A stretch of 64,000 nucleotides of DNA from Trypanosoma brucei. Taxonomy: Eukaryota. Made by a program: the position numbers and the translations under genes. Shown in pieces: positions 8,701 to 18,591 of this stretch. The notes below the pieces were generated by a model. The model was not told the DNA's origin and ran no database searches. It worked only from the letters and a program-made list of their open reading frames with translations. The stretch is from contig CM000208.1 in assembly GCA_000002445.1 (NCBI GenBank), positions 320,001 to 384,000 of the forward strand, written 5' to 3'. The stretch's first letter is position 1. Each line of letters opens with the position of its first letter.

Positions 8701-11700
8701 CTCACCGTAGGGGTAATGGTGTTTCTAGATTAGTATCGAACAGACGAGTTTCCCATGACGATTTCCATTTTCCGAAGCAGACTCCAAAAACGCCTGCAGG
8801 CATGGGAACTTCTGCAGATGGTGGAAAGGATGCGCTTGAGATTGGGGTCCCAAGAGACTTCGACGCAGCAGTCCACGAGAGGAAAGTGCCAAAAAGGATT
8901 GTTGTGGCACCGTTCTCCACAGCCATTGTGGTTTCCTTGAAGCAGAGAAGTGCCGCGATGTTGGGCACGGAGCGCAGCCGGCGACCACTGCGGCGGCACA
9001 GAAATTCTTTTCACAATTGATTTAATTCATTGCCCCTGCTGTGAAGTCAAAGGCGGGAATTTCCGGAAGTAAACCAGATCATCGCGGTAGAAACTTTATC
9101 CTCGAATTTTCTTTCATCCCGCCGCCCAGCATTTTCCCCGTCAGCTTTGGCATACTGTCAGTTGGCTTCGCGGGTAGAAACAGCGCTGTCCCACTGGCGT
9201 TTTTGGTTGGATTCGGCAACGGCGCGGTGATACTATGCACATGTTTCTTTTGCTCTTTTCCAAACCGCATGAGCAGGTTAGGAGGCTGCGGCAGATGCCG
9301 CAACCCGCTCACCTACAGCTTCTTCGGTTCTCTCCCAAACGATTCTTCTTCCCCAGTTTCCACACCGCTGGAGCACCCCGTAAATGACGGCCCACGGTTA
9401 GATATTTACAATAGTTTTAAACATGCGGTCTGTAATTCCAGAAACTCAATACATTTTTGTGAGTGAATGTGTTGAGTGTTCCTTTGCGAGAGGGCTGTGC
9501 ATATGTGCCCGCCCTTGTATGCATCGGCTGCCTCTTTGGAAGGCGGTAACCACTAACAACCAGATTCCAAGTGGTTAACAGATACGGCGCGAATACCAAC
9601 TTTAGCAGCCTCCAACATTCCCCCCCCCCCCTGATGATGAATGGTTTTGAAGCCCCATATCCTCATTCCCGCACAACTGTTTCATTCGACACCTTCTTCA
9701 TTAGTACAATGAGGTCCACCCCCTTGATGTTTATGCGCCTCATGATTCTTCCGGGCGCCGCGGCTCCGCACCCCTTCCTCCTAGTAACTGCTTGAGCCGC
9801 AATTTGGCAAATAAAATGTGCAATGGCATCATTGAGATATTCTCCTCTCTTCAACAACTTTCTCACGTGTGGCACGGTACTCTGTCGCGCTCCGCCTCCA
9901 AATGTCGGTCAAACGACCACCCTCCACGAATACGATAGCCTCTAAGGCTTTCAACGTACAAATCTCCCTGTCATTCCCAAGTGTTGCATCGCAAGGGATC
10001 CAACTGCAACTGCTTCCAGAGTTCCTCAAAGCTTTCCATATTGTTATCTCAGAGTGTTTAAAGCAGATCACATAAGACGGGGGGAACTCTCCTTTAACTG
10101 ATCTTTATCGTATTAGGGCTCTTCTGTTGGCAACTGAAAATGCCTGTTCCATACATTCGCCAGTTATCAACTTAACATCCTTCTTCTGCGCAACGGTTCC
10201 GGCTTTTCCATGACTCCATTAGAGCCGTTTTATATTTGAGGGTGGGGAAGTAGGTTGATGTGACCTTGGGCTGCTCCTCATCCGAAAGCCCAAGCGGAGT
10301 TACCATGCTTTCTGGAGTTCCTTCTGTTTTCGATTCCTCAACAACGGACGCTCCACCACGAATAGACGCAGACGAGCTGCCGGCACCCATGTTGGAGGGG
10401 GTCGTTTGTAGGCTTTGATAAATGTAGAATGTTGGTAGTCAGCTTCCCCTAATTGTTATGGATGTCTCCCTTGAGGGCGCCAAAAGCCCACCATGTTTTA
10501 ATGAGCCATCCTCAAAAGGGACAACCTTTTGCCATCCGAGGCACCGCCCGTGTTTCGTTGTTCACAGTGAAATGGAAATTTCCCTACCTTGCAGTTGGTA
10601 TATCACTTGAAGGGTGAGAGGCGGTTACGGGCATCGCTTGTGACGAAACGCTTGGCAACGTTTCAAGTGCTGGGGGCGCGGCTTTGCATCATGCTTCTTT
10701 CCTCGTCTCAGCAATGTATGCCGCAGGAACCGCCCCGCATTCTGTGCAATGTCGAAAGTGTGGGGTCGGGTGGTAATGACGTGGTGATGGTTTTTGACGG
10801 TGGAGCCATGGCATTTGCTGGCGAACATAATCCCCATTGCACTGTTAGAAGGTTCACATCAAATATACCAATGAGAGCAGAAACCCTCAAGAGGATGAAG
10901 TGCAGAAAGGCGGCCCGAAAATCTCCGCCCCCGCTCGCTTCTGAAAAGGAGGGTTTTGCCACTCAACAGCAATTGAGCCTCATGTTTTCAGTGGAACGTG
11001 GGGGAGCAGAAAAGGAGGTTTGAAAAGTATCAAAGGCCAGAGCGGTTGGCTCGTAACGGCTGCTGCGGATGCTGAGGTTTTGGAGGGTCTATTATTGAAT
11101 TGTGATGGAGTAACTGAAGGGGTATGAACATTCAAAATGACGCTGGGAGGGTTTGCTAAGCTTTACGATACAAACGGTAAGTGTGGGTGCGACCCGACCG
11201 TTTGGACTACTTTCACGGAGCGTACATCATGCTAGGGGAGTGATTTTTTTTTTTTTTTACGAAAGGGTTTGTTTTTCTCGATCACGATCCAAGGTTATTT
11301 TTCATACCTCCCCATGCATTTCCCCAATTCGAAGCTTGGCATTGCAATTTCCTGGGTCTATTTTTGGGACTGGAAGTGGCTGTTTCCTTGTGTTGTGAAA
11401 AGGATGGGGGACGCGACGTATCAAGTGGTAGTCAGTGACCCCCCCCCCCAAAGCCCTCTTTTAGTGTCAACGGCAGAAAAACAAACTATAACTTCATGGA
11501 CGTTAGCAACATTGGCAATGCGTTAGGCTAAAAAGAAGTTGCCGTTACGCCTCATTGATGTAAAAACACAATGAAACGGTTCTGTTTGCGTACGTGTGTG
11601 TGTGCCCGCTTGTGTTTGGTAGGCGATTTTTTTTTTTTGTAGAGTGATCGTCAGACCACTGACCGGTGCGTGCCATTGGACAGCTTCATAGCCGTTATTT

Positions 11701-12413
11701 CAATTGGAAGCGCGCCTTGCTTTATAGCGCAAAGACTACAAATAGCGGTAGAGCCGCTGCCGCGGTGCTCGCCATCATGCGCATAGGCGATTGGAATGTG
11801 TAATGTCAGTCATTCCACCGATCCAGAGTTCCCTTTCCCCTTCTTTTACACTCCCTTCGGGCCCAAGTTTCCTTCCAACCGAACAAACCGGTGTTTGTGT
11901 TGCGTTATTGGTGCCCCTTATCGGTGTTGAGGTTTTTTTTTTCTCCGACTGACCTAGCTGGGGCAGCAACTGTTGTTTTACTTCAAGGGGCCGTTTGCTG
12001 CGCTGCCCCGTCCTCACACTAACGAAAAAAAAACGGGTTTTGTGGCAAGAATGGAAATAGAAGAGGGCACCTCTCAAAACTGGCGGAACCAGCACAAAGT
12101 GAAACGCATGGTGTTAAACTACGCACGCACGCCAAACAGCAGGAGATAAATGCGAAACGACCTTCACATATTGCGCGGATATTTATGAGGGCGCGTGCCT
12201 GGTAAATGGTTTCCGCAGACAACTTACACACTCGGCAGCAACTTAGCTTTCACTCTTAGTAAGGTGAAATGGGTCCTCTCCAACCTCCCCTTTACCCCTT
12301 CGCGCATACGCTCGAAAACAGTTCCGTCTCCCGCTAGCGCCACAGAAACGATGTCCCCCTAGCGACAACCACGCGCATTCTCCACGACCACTGTTTTTTC
12401 AACCACATCTTTT

Positions 12414-13508
12414 TTACACAGAAAGAGTGGTTGCCCACACGGCAGACCCGGACGCGCGGAAAATGACGTTGACGATCCACTCTAGCACCGTAACGGGGAA
12501 GAGGAGCAAATTAAGTGGAAAGGGTAGTGAAAAACCGTTCGCGGCTTGCCATGTGAATCCGATGACGGCGAGGCCGAAAGCGAATGCCTTCACCCAACTA
12601 TCATCGACCTTCACATCCTGTACCACGATTCCTCTTGTTTTGGCCAACTCGAGGGCACTATCCACAAGCATTTTTGAGCCTCGTGTGGCGCAGTGCAGGG
12701 TGATGGTGTATTGGCTCGCAAGCACGGCAATGGTTGTGCCTAGGGCTCCAAAAAGGAAGTTGGAAAAGGGGCCTGCAAGTTTCTGTAGCTCCGGTGGCAG
12801 CGACTCTTCGAGGATGGCTTTAAGTGGGAAAAAACGTGGGGCTGTATCTGCGAGAATACAACCCAGTGTGACGTAATAGGCGAAGCGATCCCGCAACGCT
12901 GCCACAACCGCCATGAATGCCAGGGCAACCGCAGCGAGTTCCTCCTTCACACTGACGGGGTCGACAGATTGCAGAAAGATACGTAACTTGCGCGAGAGCA
13001 GTTCATTCTTCGAGAGACTTTCGTCGCCTGTGGTAACAGTGTAACCATAGCCCGGGGCGTCATCTTTCCTACTGGCCTCCATCGCCGCGACGTAATTCCG
13101 GTGAATAACCTCGGCACTCTTTTTAATGCGATCCCAGCTGGTGAGGTAAACGATTTCCACGGTTGAAAACAGCGTGAAGAAGCAACCCCCAAAGAAACAA
13201 ATGGAAAAACCAGCGATGAGAGGGAGTATTTGGTTCAACTCGTGGGAAGACAGGGACTTAGCGTAGTCCATAAACCTGACGAACAGGGCCTCCACAAACG
13301 GGTAGAGAACGTCAAGAGCCCTCAGAATAGCCTGCGTCAGAGATTTTGCGCCCCCTATCAACGCTGTTTGCTTGGGAAACTGCCGCTCCAGGGCAGCGAA
13401 AAAGTATTCCATGGGTCCCTCCAGGCACCTTTCTTCCGCCATGTTCCTCTCTCTGTTGTTTTTTTTTCTTTTTGCTTCAACCCACTTGTGTTCGTCAGAG
13501 ACACCCAC
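12414..13508 (-). CDS. Hypothetical multi-pass membrane protein
   Basis: 364-aa ORF with at least five hydrophobic helices, e.g. LPLIAGFSICFFGGCFFTLF, LAAVALAFMAVVAAL and AFAFGLAVIGFTW. No family assignment. Confidence 0.4.
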   Translation of the reverse strand: MGVSDEHKWVEAKRKKNNRERNMAEERCLEGPMEYFFAALERQFPKQTALIGGAKSLTQAILRALDVLYPFVEALFVRFMDYAKSLSSHELNQILPLIAGFSICFFGGCFFTLFSTVEIVYLTSWDRIKKSAEVIHRNYVAAMEASRKDDAPGYGYTVTTGDESLSKNELLSRKLRIFLQSVDPVSVKEELAAVALAFMAVVAALRDRFAYYVTLGCILADTAPRFFPLKAILEESLPPELQKLAGPFSNFLFGALGTTIAVLASQYTITLHCATRGSKMLVDSALELAKTRGIVVQDVKVDDSWVKAFAFGLAVIGFTWQAANGFSLPFPLNLLLFPVTVLEWIVNVIFRASGSAVWATTLSV

Positions 13509-13990
13509 CAGCCGCGTTGTTAACGAATATGAATACCTTTAATCCGCACGTCTGCGTTTATTCCTCTCACTTGTCGGAGGTATTATATTATCGTTTTTTT
13601 CCTTTTTCCTTTATTCCTAGAACCCTGATCGTATTACGTAAATTCGTAGAGCGAAATGAGGAAAGATGCCGTGGATGTTCGCGTAGAACAACTAACTCCA
13701 TTTTCTCTCCGGAGAAGTAAATGACAGTCACTTATGAGGTGCTTTCAGCTTCCGAGTCTTGTCTTCGCATTTCCCCTCCTAAATGCTTGGGCACACATCC
13801 ACATATACAAATGATTGCACATTCATGCAAGTATGCTTATGTGAGTGTCCTTTGAAGTAAAACATGGGAAGGTTCAATACGAAACGCACTTATGGAAGTA
13901 GCTGTCACTAGCCGTACTGCAATGGCCTTAGTTTGTTTGTTTGTTTTTTTACAAAAAAATAAAAATAAAATGTACACACGCAAGGACGTG

Positions 13991-14977
13991 TTATTTCCGC
14001 AACCTCTTGGACTCTGGTGCTTGAAATCGAAGCCCTTCCGGGTCGTACACCAACACACTTGGTTTTCTTGAGAGCAGAGCGTGAGGAGTTCTCTCGCCAT
14101 CCGAAGCGTGGGCAGCTCTTGCTGCAGAAATAAAATACTCAACCTCGTGCGTCGGTACCACGATCCCGATTGCTACTATATTATTCCACACTGCCTGCAT
14201 CTTAATAAGCCGCCGCATCACATGGTACATCTGCACCCGAACGGGAATGAACGCGTCCACACGAAAGAACTCCATCATTATAGTTTCATTACTGGGTTCA
14301 TTATTGCTAGTCGGAACTACAACGGGAACGGGCAATGTGAGTGTTCCTGTCATTGGAAAGAATTCGTCATCATTGTGACTTGTGGAGTTCGCACTCGTTG
14401 CTGTGGGAGGGAGGGGTGCCACACCTGCAGCCGATACTTCACCTCTCAAGCGCACTGCGTTAAGGTATGAGTGCCACGCACAACTCCAACTTTCGTGCTG
14501 AAGCTGTGGTCGCTCCGGGGAAAACCCGTACGGCCGCAACCGCAACTCCCCTGATGAAAAACAGGACTCCTGTCGCCGTTGGTGGTTGGGTGATGCCTCA
14601 TCATCAAGTTCCCTTATCGTTTGCTTTACAGTTGCAGTGATTGAAGGACACACCTTTGCATGAAAATGTGAGAGCGTCACGGCGCGGCTGCTGCCAATGT
14701 TAAGCAGAACAGGGCAAAAAGGCCTACGTGTTGTTAACGACATGCGCATAAGGCGCCCATACAGGACTATGTTTCCCCCAGGGTTATACGCGTGGAAGCT
14801 GGGGTGCCACTGAATGCCTTTACTCGTCCTATTATTATATTCGAGCAAACCGTCGATCAACACACACGCCGCGTAGTTTGATGCGTAGGAGAGGCAAAAA
14901 GAAAAGAAAAAAGGTAGAACAATATTAAGCTGCACCCAATTGACGCAGCACCCCAGAAACAAAACCGGTAGAAGCAC
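13991..14977 (-). CDS. Hypothetical protein. The true start is probably an internal Met, because the first ~70 codons look like a translated polypyrimidine tract.
   Basis: 328-aa ORF. The N-terminal LPFFFSFCLSY segment corresponds to an A/G-rich plus-strand tract at 14880-14935. Only 257 bp separate it from the upstream gene, which is too short for a UTR plus a splice signal. Confidence 0.3.
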   Translation of the reverse strand: MLLPVLFLGCCVNWVQLNIVLPFFFSFCLSYASNYAACVLIDGLLEYNNRTSKGIQWHPSFHAYNPGGNIVLYGRLMRMSLTTRRPFCPVLLNIGSSRAVTLSHFHAKVCPSITATVKQTIRELDDEASPNHQRRQESCFSSGELRLRPYGFSPERPQLQHESWSCAWHSYLNAVRLRGEVSAAGVAPLPPTATSANSTSHNDDEFFPMTGTLTLPVPVVVPTSNNEPSNETIMMEFFRVDAFIPVRVQMYHVMRRLIKMQAVWNNIVAIGIVVPTHEVEYFISAARAAHASDGERTPHALLSRKPSVLVYDPEGLRFQAPESKRLRK

Positions 14978-15233
14978 ATATTGTTTGTTAGGAATGTATT
15001 ATTATCGCTACACATCCGGAATCGCTAACCACGGAACACACAACAACAAATAAGTGAACCGAGCTGTGCGCCCACACTGGTGTACGGGAGAAGTGAGGAG
15101 TGGCATCATACCCTTCCCCATTGTCAATGTTTCACTATTTTCCCACTACCATCTCTCATCCATCAGGTAGCCCGTAGGCGGACGTTCGTGTACGCCCGTT
15201 TACTGCTTTGAAAGAAGCAGCGACTTCTTGGTT

Positions 15234-16019
15234 TCAGTCCACCAACTGCCCCAACTCCTCAGCGCTTAGCGGTGTCGTGACGGACGCCACAATAGGTTTT
15301 ATCACCTCCATGAACTGCTCCACATCGACCCGCACTTTGCAGTCCACATGCCCACCACCCATCCAAAACACTGCCGGTGTAAGTTGTAAGATTTTGTCGC
15401 TCAGAATTACTGGAATTTCCGTCGGTGTGCCGAATGGAGCGACAGCGCCGTGACCAAAGCCGGTTAACTGTAGTGCAACATCTGGCGCGGCAAGGCGAAA
15501 GTTGAACTTTTTCTTGCCAAGTCCCTCGTTCAAACCCTTCACATGCCGCATGACCATCTCCGCGTCAAACTTCTCCGTGTAGGGGTACACAATAAGATAG
15601 TACCGAGAGTTTTCTCGGACGCCGCAATCCTTGTTGGTGCAGTGAGTATTTTCCATGAGAATTGACTTGCACAGATGATGAACGCTGGGGGCGGCAAGCT
15701 CGTCCCGACGCCACTGCAGCGTGTGCTGATAGTAGTCGGAGGGCACCCAACGAAAAACTGCAGTGGTGAGGGAATGCTCGATGCACCAGCGACGCAGAGC
15801 CGCCACTTCGGGAGTATCCTGAGGGCATGGCTGGAGTTCCTTTAAGTCACAAGGGTCACGATGATGTGCCACTGCCGTTGCCTCATTCCTGGGAGTTGTA
15901 TTTGCATTCTGCTGCCCTTCGCCCAGTGATGCCAAGGCCTTCCTCAACTTATTGATATTATTCTCCATGAGTGTATATCGCTGAACCAGCGCCTGGATGC
16001 GGGTTTCCACACTTGTCAT
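15234..16019 (-). CDS. YbaK/ProX-like aminoacyl-tRNA deacylase domain protein
   Basis: 261-aa ORF. The C-terminal GFGHGAVAPFGTPTEIPVILSDKIL resembles the Gly-rich substrate pocket of the YbaK/ProX family. Confidence 0.45.
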   Translation of the reverse strand: MTSVETRIQALVQRYTLMENNINKLRKALASLGEGQQNANTTPRNEATAVAHHRDPCDLKELQPCPQDTPEVAALRRWCIEHSLTTAVFRWVPSDYYQHTLQWRRDELAAPSVHHLCKSILMENTHCTNKDCGVRENSRYYLIVYPYTEKFDAEMVMRHVKGLNEGLGKKKFNFRLAAPDVALQLTGFGHGAVAPFGTPTEIPVILSDKILQLTPAVFWMGGGHVDCKVRVDVEQFMEVIKPIVASVTTPLSAEELGQLVD

Positions 16020-16456
16020 TTTTATCTTTTCCCTTAGTTATTTCTCTGATGGGGTAAATATGTGCCTTCCGCCTCGTGGGTCTCTCTACTAGTTCGCATT
16101 AATAACCACGTAGGGGGGCGGAGGAATAATATACCAAATGCGCGCCCTTAGGGTGACACCAGGGAACAGGTGCTTCTTGCAACTTTCATTTATTAAACAT
16201 AGTCTTCCCTTATGCCTGCGAATGAAGAACTGCAAACTTACAAAACAGTGGCACCAGATCCATTGAGCCACAAAAACATGGCAACCCATACCTACCTACA
16301 CGAATACGATTAATTCACGCGGTGCGGTCCACCTTAAATACACCGCTGAGCAGTTCCAAACGGGCCCAAACACGTGCACTATCAACGGCACTAGTGTGAC
16401 CCTACAAAGCGTAACAGCAGGTGTTTCTCAACAACAAGGAAACACAAAACATCTCA

Positions 16457-16474
16457 ACACACACACACACACAC
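16457..16474. repeat. (AC)9 microsatellite
   Basis: acacacacacacacacac. Confidence 0.85.
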
Positions 16475-16475
16475 G

Positions 16476-18101
16476 TCATGGCGCCAACCGCCTCGGATCA
16501 CGGGGAAATAGTGAAACACGCCTGATGTCACGCGCACCCAAGAGAAAAAGCACGATACGTTCAAGTCCGAGGCCGAAGCCACCGTGTGGCCACGCACCGT
16601 ACCGGAATGAGTCCACGTAGTCCCTCATATGTGCTGCTTCCATTCGCCGCTGCTCCATGCTATGAATGAGCTGCGCCACGTCGTGTATCCGCTGCCCGCC
16701 GCTACAAATTTCCTCTCCACGCAAATACATATCGAAGCCACAGGCTACACCCTCTTCACTCGGGTGTGGCATCGTGTAAAAGGGTCGTGCAGCCAGTGGG
16801 AATTGATCCACAACGTACAAATCGACGCCGTAGCGTAACCGAATCAACTCCCCGAGTGCCCGCTCCTGGTTGAGGTTGAAGTCGACCACAACCTCTTCGT
16901 CACTTTCCCCCACGACCTCTTGTTGCCTTCCAGCGTGTTGATGATCGTTATCCCGGATGAGTTGCAGTGCATCCCTGAATGTCATACGCAGCACCTTTGG
17001 CCCGCTTGTACCGATACGCGCATGATAGCGATCCTCCGAGGGTTCAGTCGGCACGGAAGGTGCTATTCGGCTCGCCGCGTCATCAAAACGTATATTGTAC
17101 ATGGCAATTATCTCCTCCGCTACCTCGCATACTATATCTTCACGACGAGGCACCACAGTGCCGCAGTCCTCAGTACTGTCCAACTCCATTAATGCCGCTC
17201 GTGCCTGGCTGATCCACTCGGCGTTTTCTGTCTGAAGTTTCCAAATCATGCCGCATAATATTGACTCTAGCACATCCAACAACTCAGTATAGAATTCGTC
17301 GACTGTAAATTCAGCATCCAGTCCTGTGAACTCCGTGAGATGACGATGCGTAAGACTCTTCTCCGCGCGGAAAACGGGCCCAATTTCGAACACTCGCATA
17401 CCATCACCCATTATTGCCATTTGCTTGTACAACTGAGGCGACTGCGCCAAGAAGGCTTGACGACCAAAGTAATCCAGTGAGAAGAGCGCACTACCACCCT
17501 CTGATGCTGTGCCTATGATCTTTGGCGTGTGAAGTTCCACAAAGTCGCGGGACAAAAGCTGCGTGCGGAAGCTCTGCGCAGCGGCTGAAACCAGACGTAT
17601 CATAGCAACCGCCAACGGTGTTCGCATGTCGATGTATCGGTTGTTCAGGCGCGTGTCCAGCTTCGCGTTCTGGTCGTGAAGCGGAAAAGGAAGCGGTACA
17701 GCTGCCTTGCTCACAACTTCTATAGATGTCGCATGCAGTTCATAGTTCGAGCAACTGACGGATGTCACGGGTCGCTCAGTAGGTTTGATTACACCAATAA
17801 CATCAACAATAGACTCAGGCGTAAGTTCCTTCACCTTGTGTGAGATTTCAGCCCCAGCAGCTACAACTTGAATGGAGTGCGATGGTGGTTGGCGGAGTTG
17901 AATGAAAGCCAGCTTGCCGCGGACACGAAAATTCTCCACACGACCGCGAACCCTTGCCGATGCCGCTGATTGTAACGCGCCGCGCTGTATGGCAGCAACA
18001 CCCACCATGGGTGGCTTTCCTGTAGCGCTGCAACACCAGCGATGGATGTTGAGGAGTTTCAAAGTTGGAAACGGCGAGAAGCTCGGCCAGAAACGATACA
18101 T
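16476..18101 (-). CDS. Aspartyl-tRNA synthetase, class IIb eukaryotic type, possibly the organellar isoform
   Basis: 541-aa ORF with an anticodon-binding OB fold (RVRGRVENFRVRGKLAFIQLRQ). It also has motif 2 FRAEKSLTHRHLTEFTGLDAEF, the QSPQLYKQ signature and motif 3 GGFGLGLERIVLFLL. A Lys-free, Arg/hydrophobic 40-aa N-terminal extension precedes the OB fold. Confidence 0.85.
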   Translation of the reverse strand: MYRFWPSFSPFPTLKLLNIHRWCCSATGKPPMVGVAAIQRGALQSAASARVRGRVENFRVRGKLAFIQLRQPPSHSIQVVAAGAEISHKVKELTPESIVDVIGVIKPTERPVTSVSCSNYELHATSIEVVSKAAVPLPFPLHDQNAKLDTRLNNRYIDMRTPLAVAMIRLVSAAAQSFRTQLLSRDFVELHTPKIIGTASEGGSALFSLDYFGRQAFLAQSPQLYKQMAIMGDGMRVFEIGPVFRAEKSLTHRHLTEFTGLDAEFTVDEFYTELLDVLESILCGMIWKLQTENAEWISQARAALMELDSTEDCGTVVPRREDIVCEVAEEIIAMYNIRFDDAASRIAPSVPTEPSEDRYHARIGTSGPKVLRMTFRDALQLIRDNDHQHAGRQQEVVGESDEEVVVDFNLNQERALGELIRLRYGVDLYVVDQFPLAARPFYTMPHPSEEGVACGFDMYLRGEEICSGGQRIHDVAQLIHSMEQRRMEAAHMRDYVDSFRYGAWPHGGFGLGLERIVLFLLGARDIRRVSLFPRDPRRLAP

Positions 18102-18591
18102 TTGACTTTTTTTTTCCCCCCCAACACTGACCCCGGCACCTTCTGCAGCGCGATGCAGTTAACTTCTCCGGATGCAACGTTAGTGAGGGATGGGCAACGA
18201 TAGCTGCAAATTCCCGCTATGAGCTCCTAAGGACAACTCACATGCACCTCTCCAAACAAAAGTGCCGCCAGCAAGAAAATAAAAAGAAGTATGGGACAAA
18301 CAAAAGGAAAAAATAGACCACTTCGCCCGGGCAGTGTCCCATCAATAGAAATAGTTTCCGGTTATGGGAATGGGGACAAAAGAAGTGATAATAAAAACGC
18401 TGGCACTACTGACGCAGAAATTCGTAAAAAAAAACAAATGGTAAGCGTGTGGTAATGTTTCCACTCGTCTTAGCATTGATCCATAAGTCGAAATTAACAC
18501 AAACAAATGCAATAGGGGTTGAACACGCAACAAATAACAACCAAAAAAAAAAAAAGGAAAGCACCCTCGACGATACCTCTCAAGCAATGAG

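Noticed and set aside
6504-9014. Chain of 60-185-aa ORFs that could be read as several small genes
   Set aside because: None has a recognisable motif and they overlap in different frames. GC-rich DNA yields long random ORFs. I treat them collectively as a possible pseudogene or noncoding region (see findings), not as individual genes.
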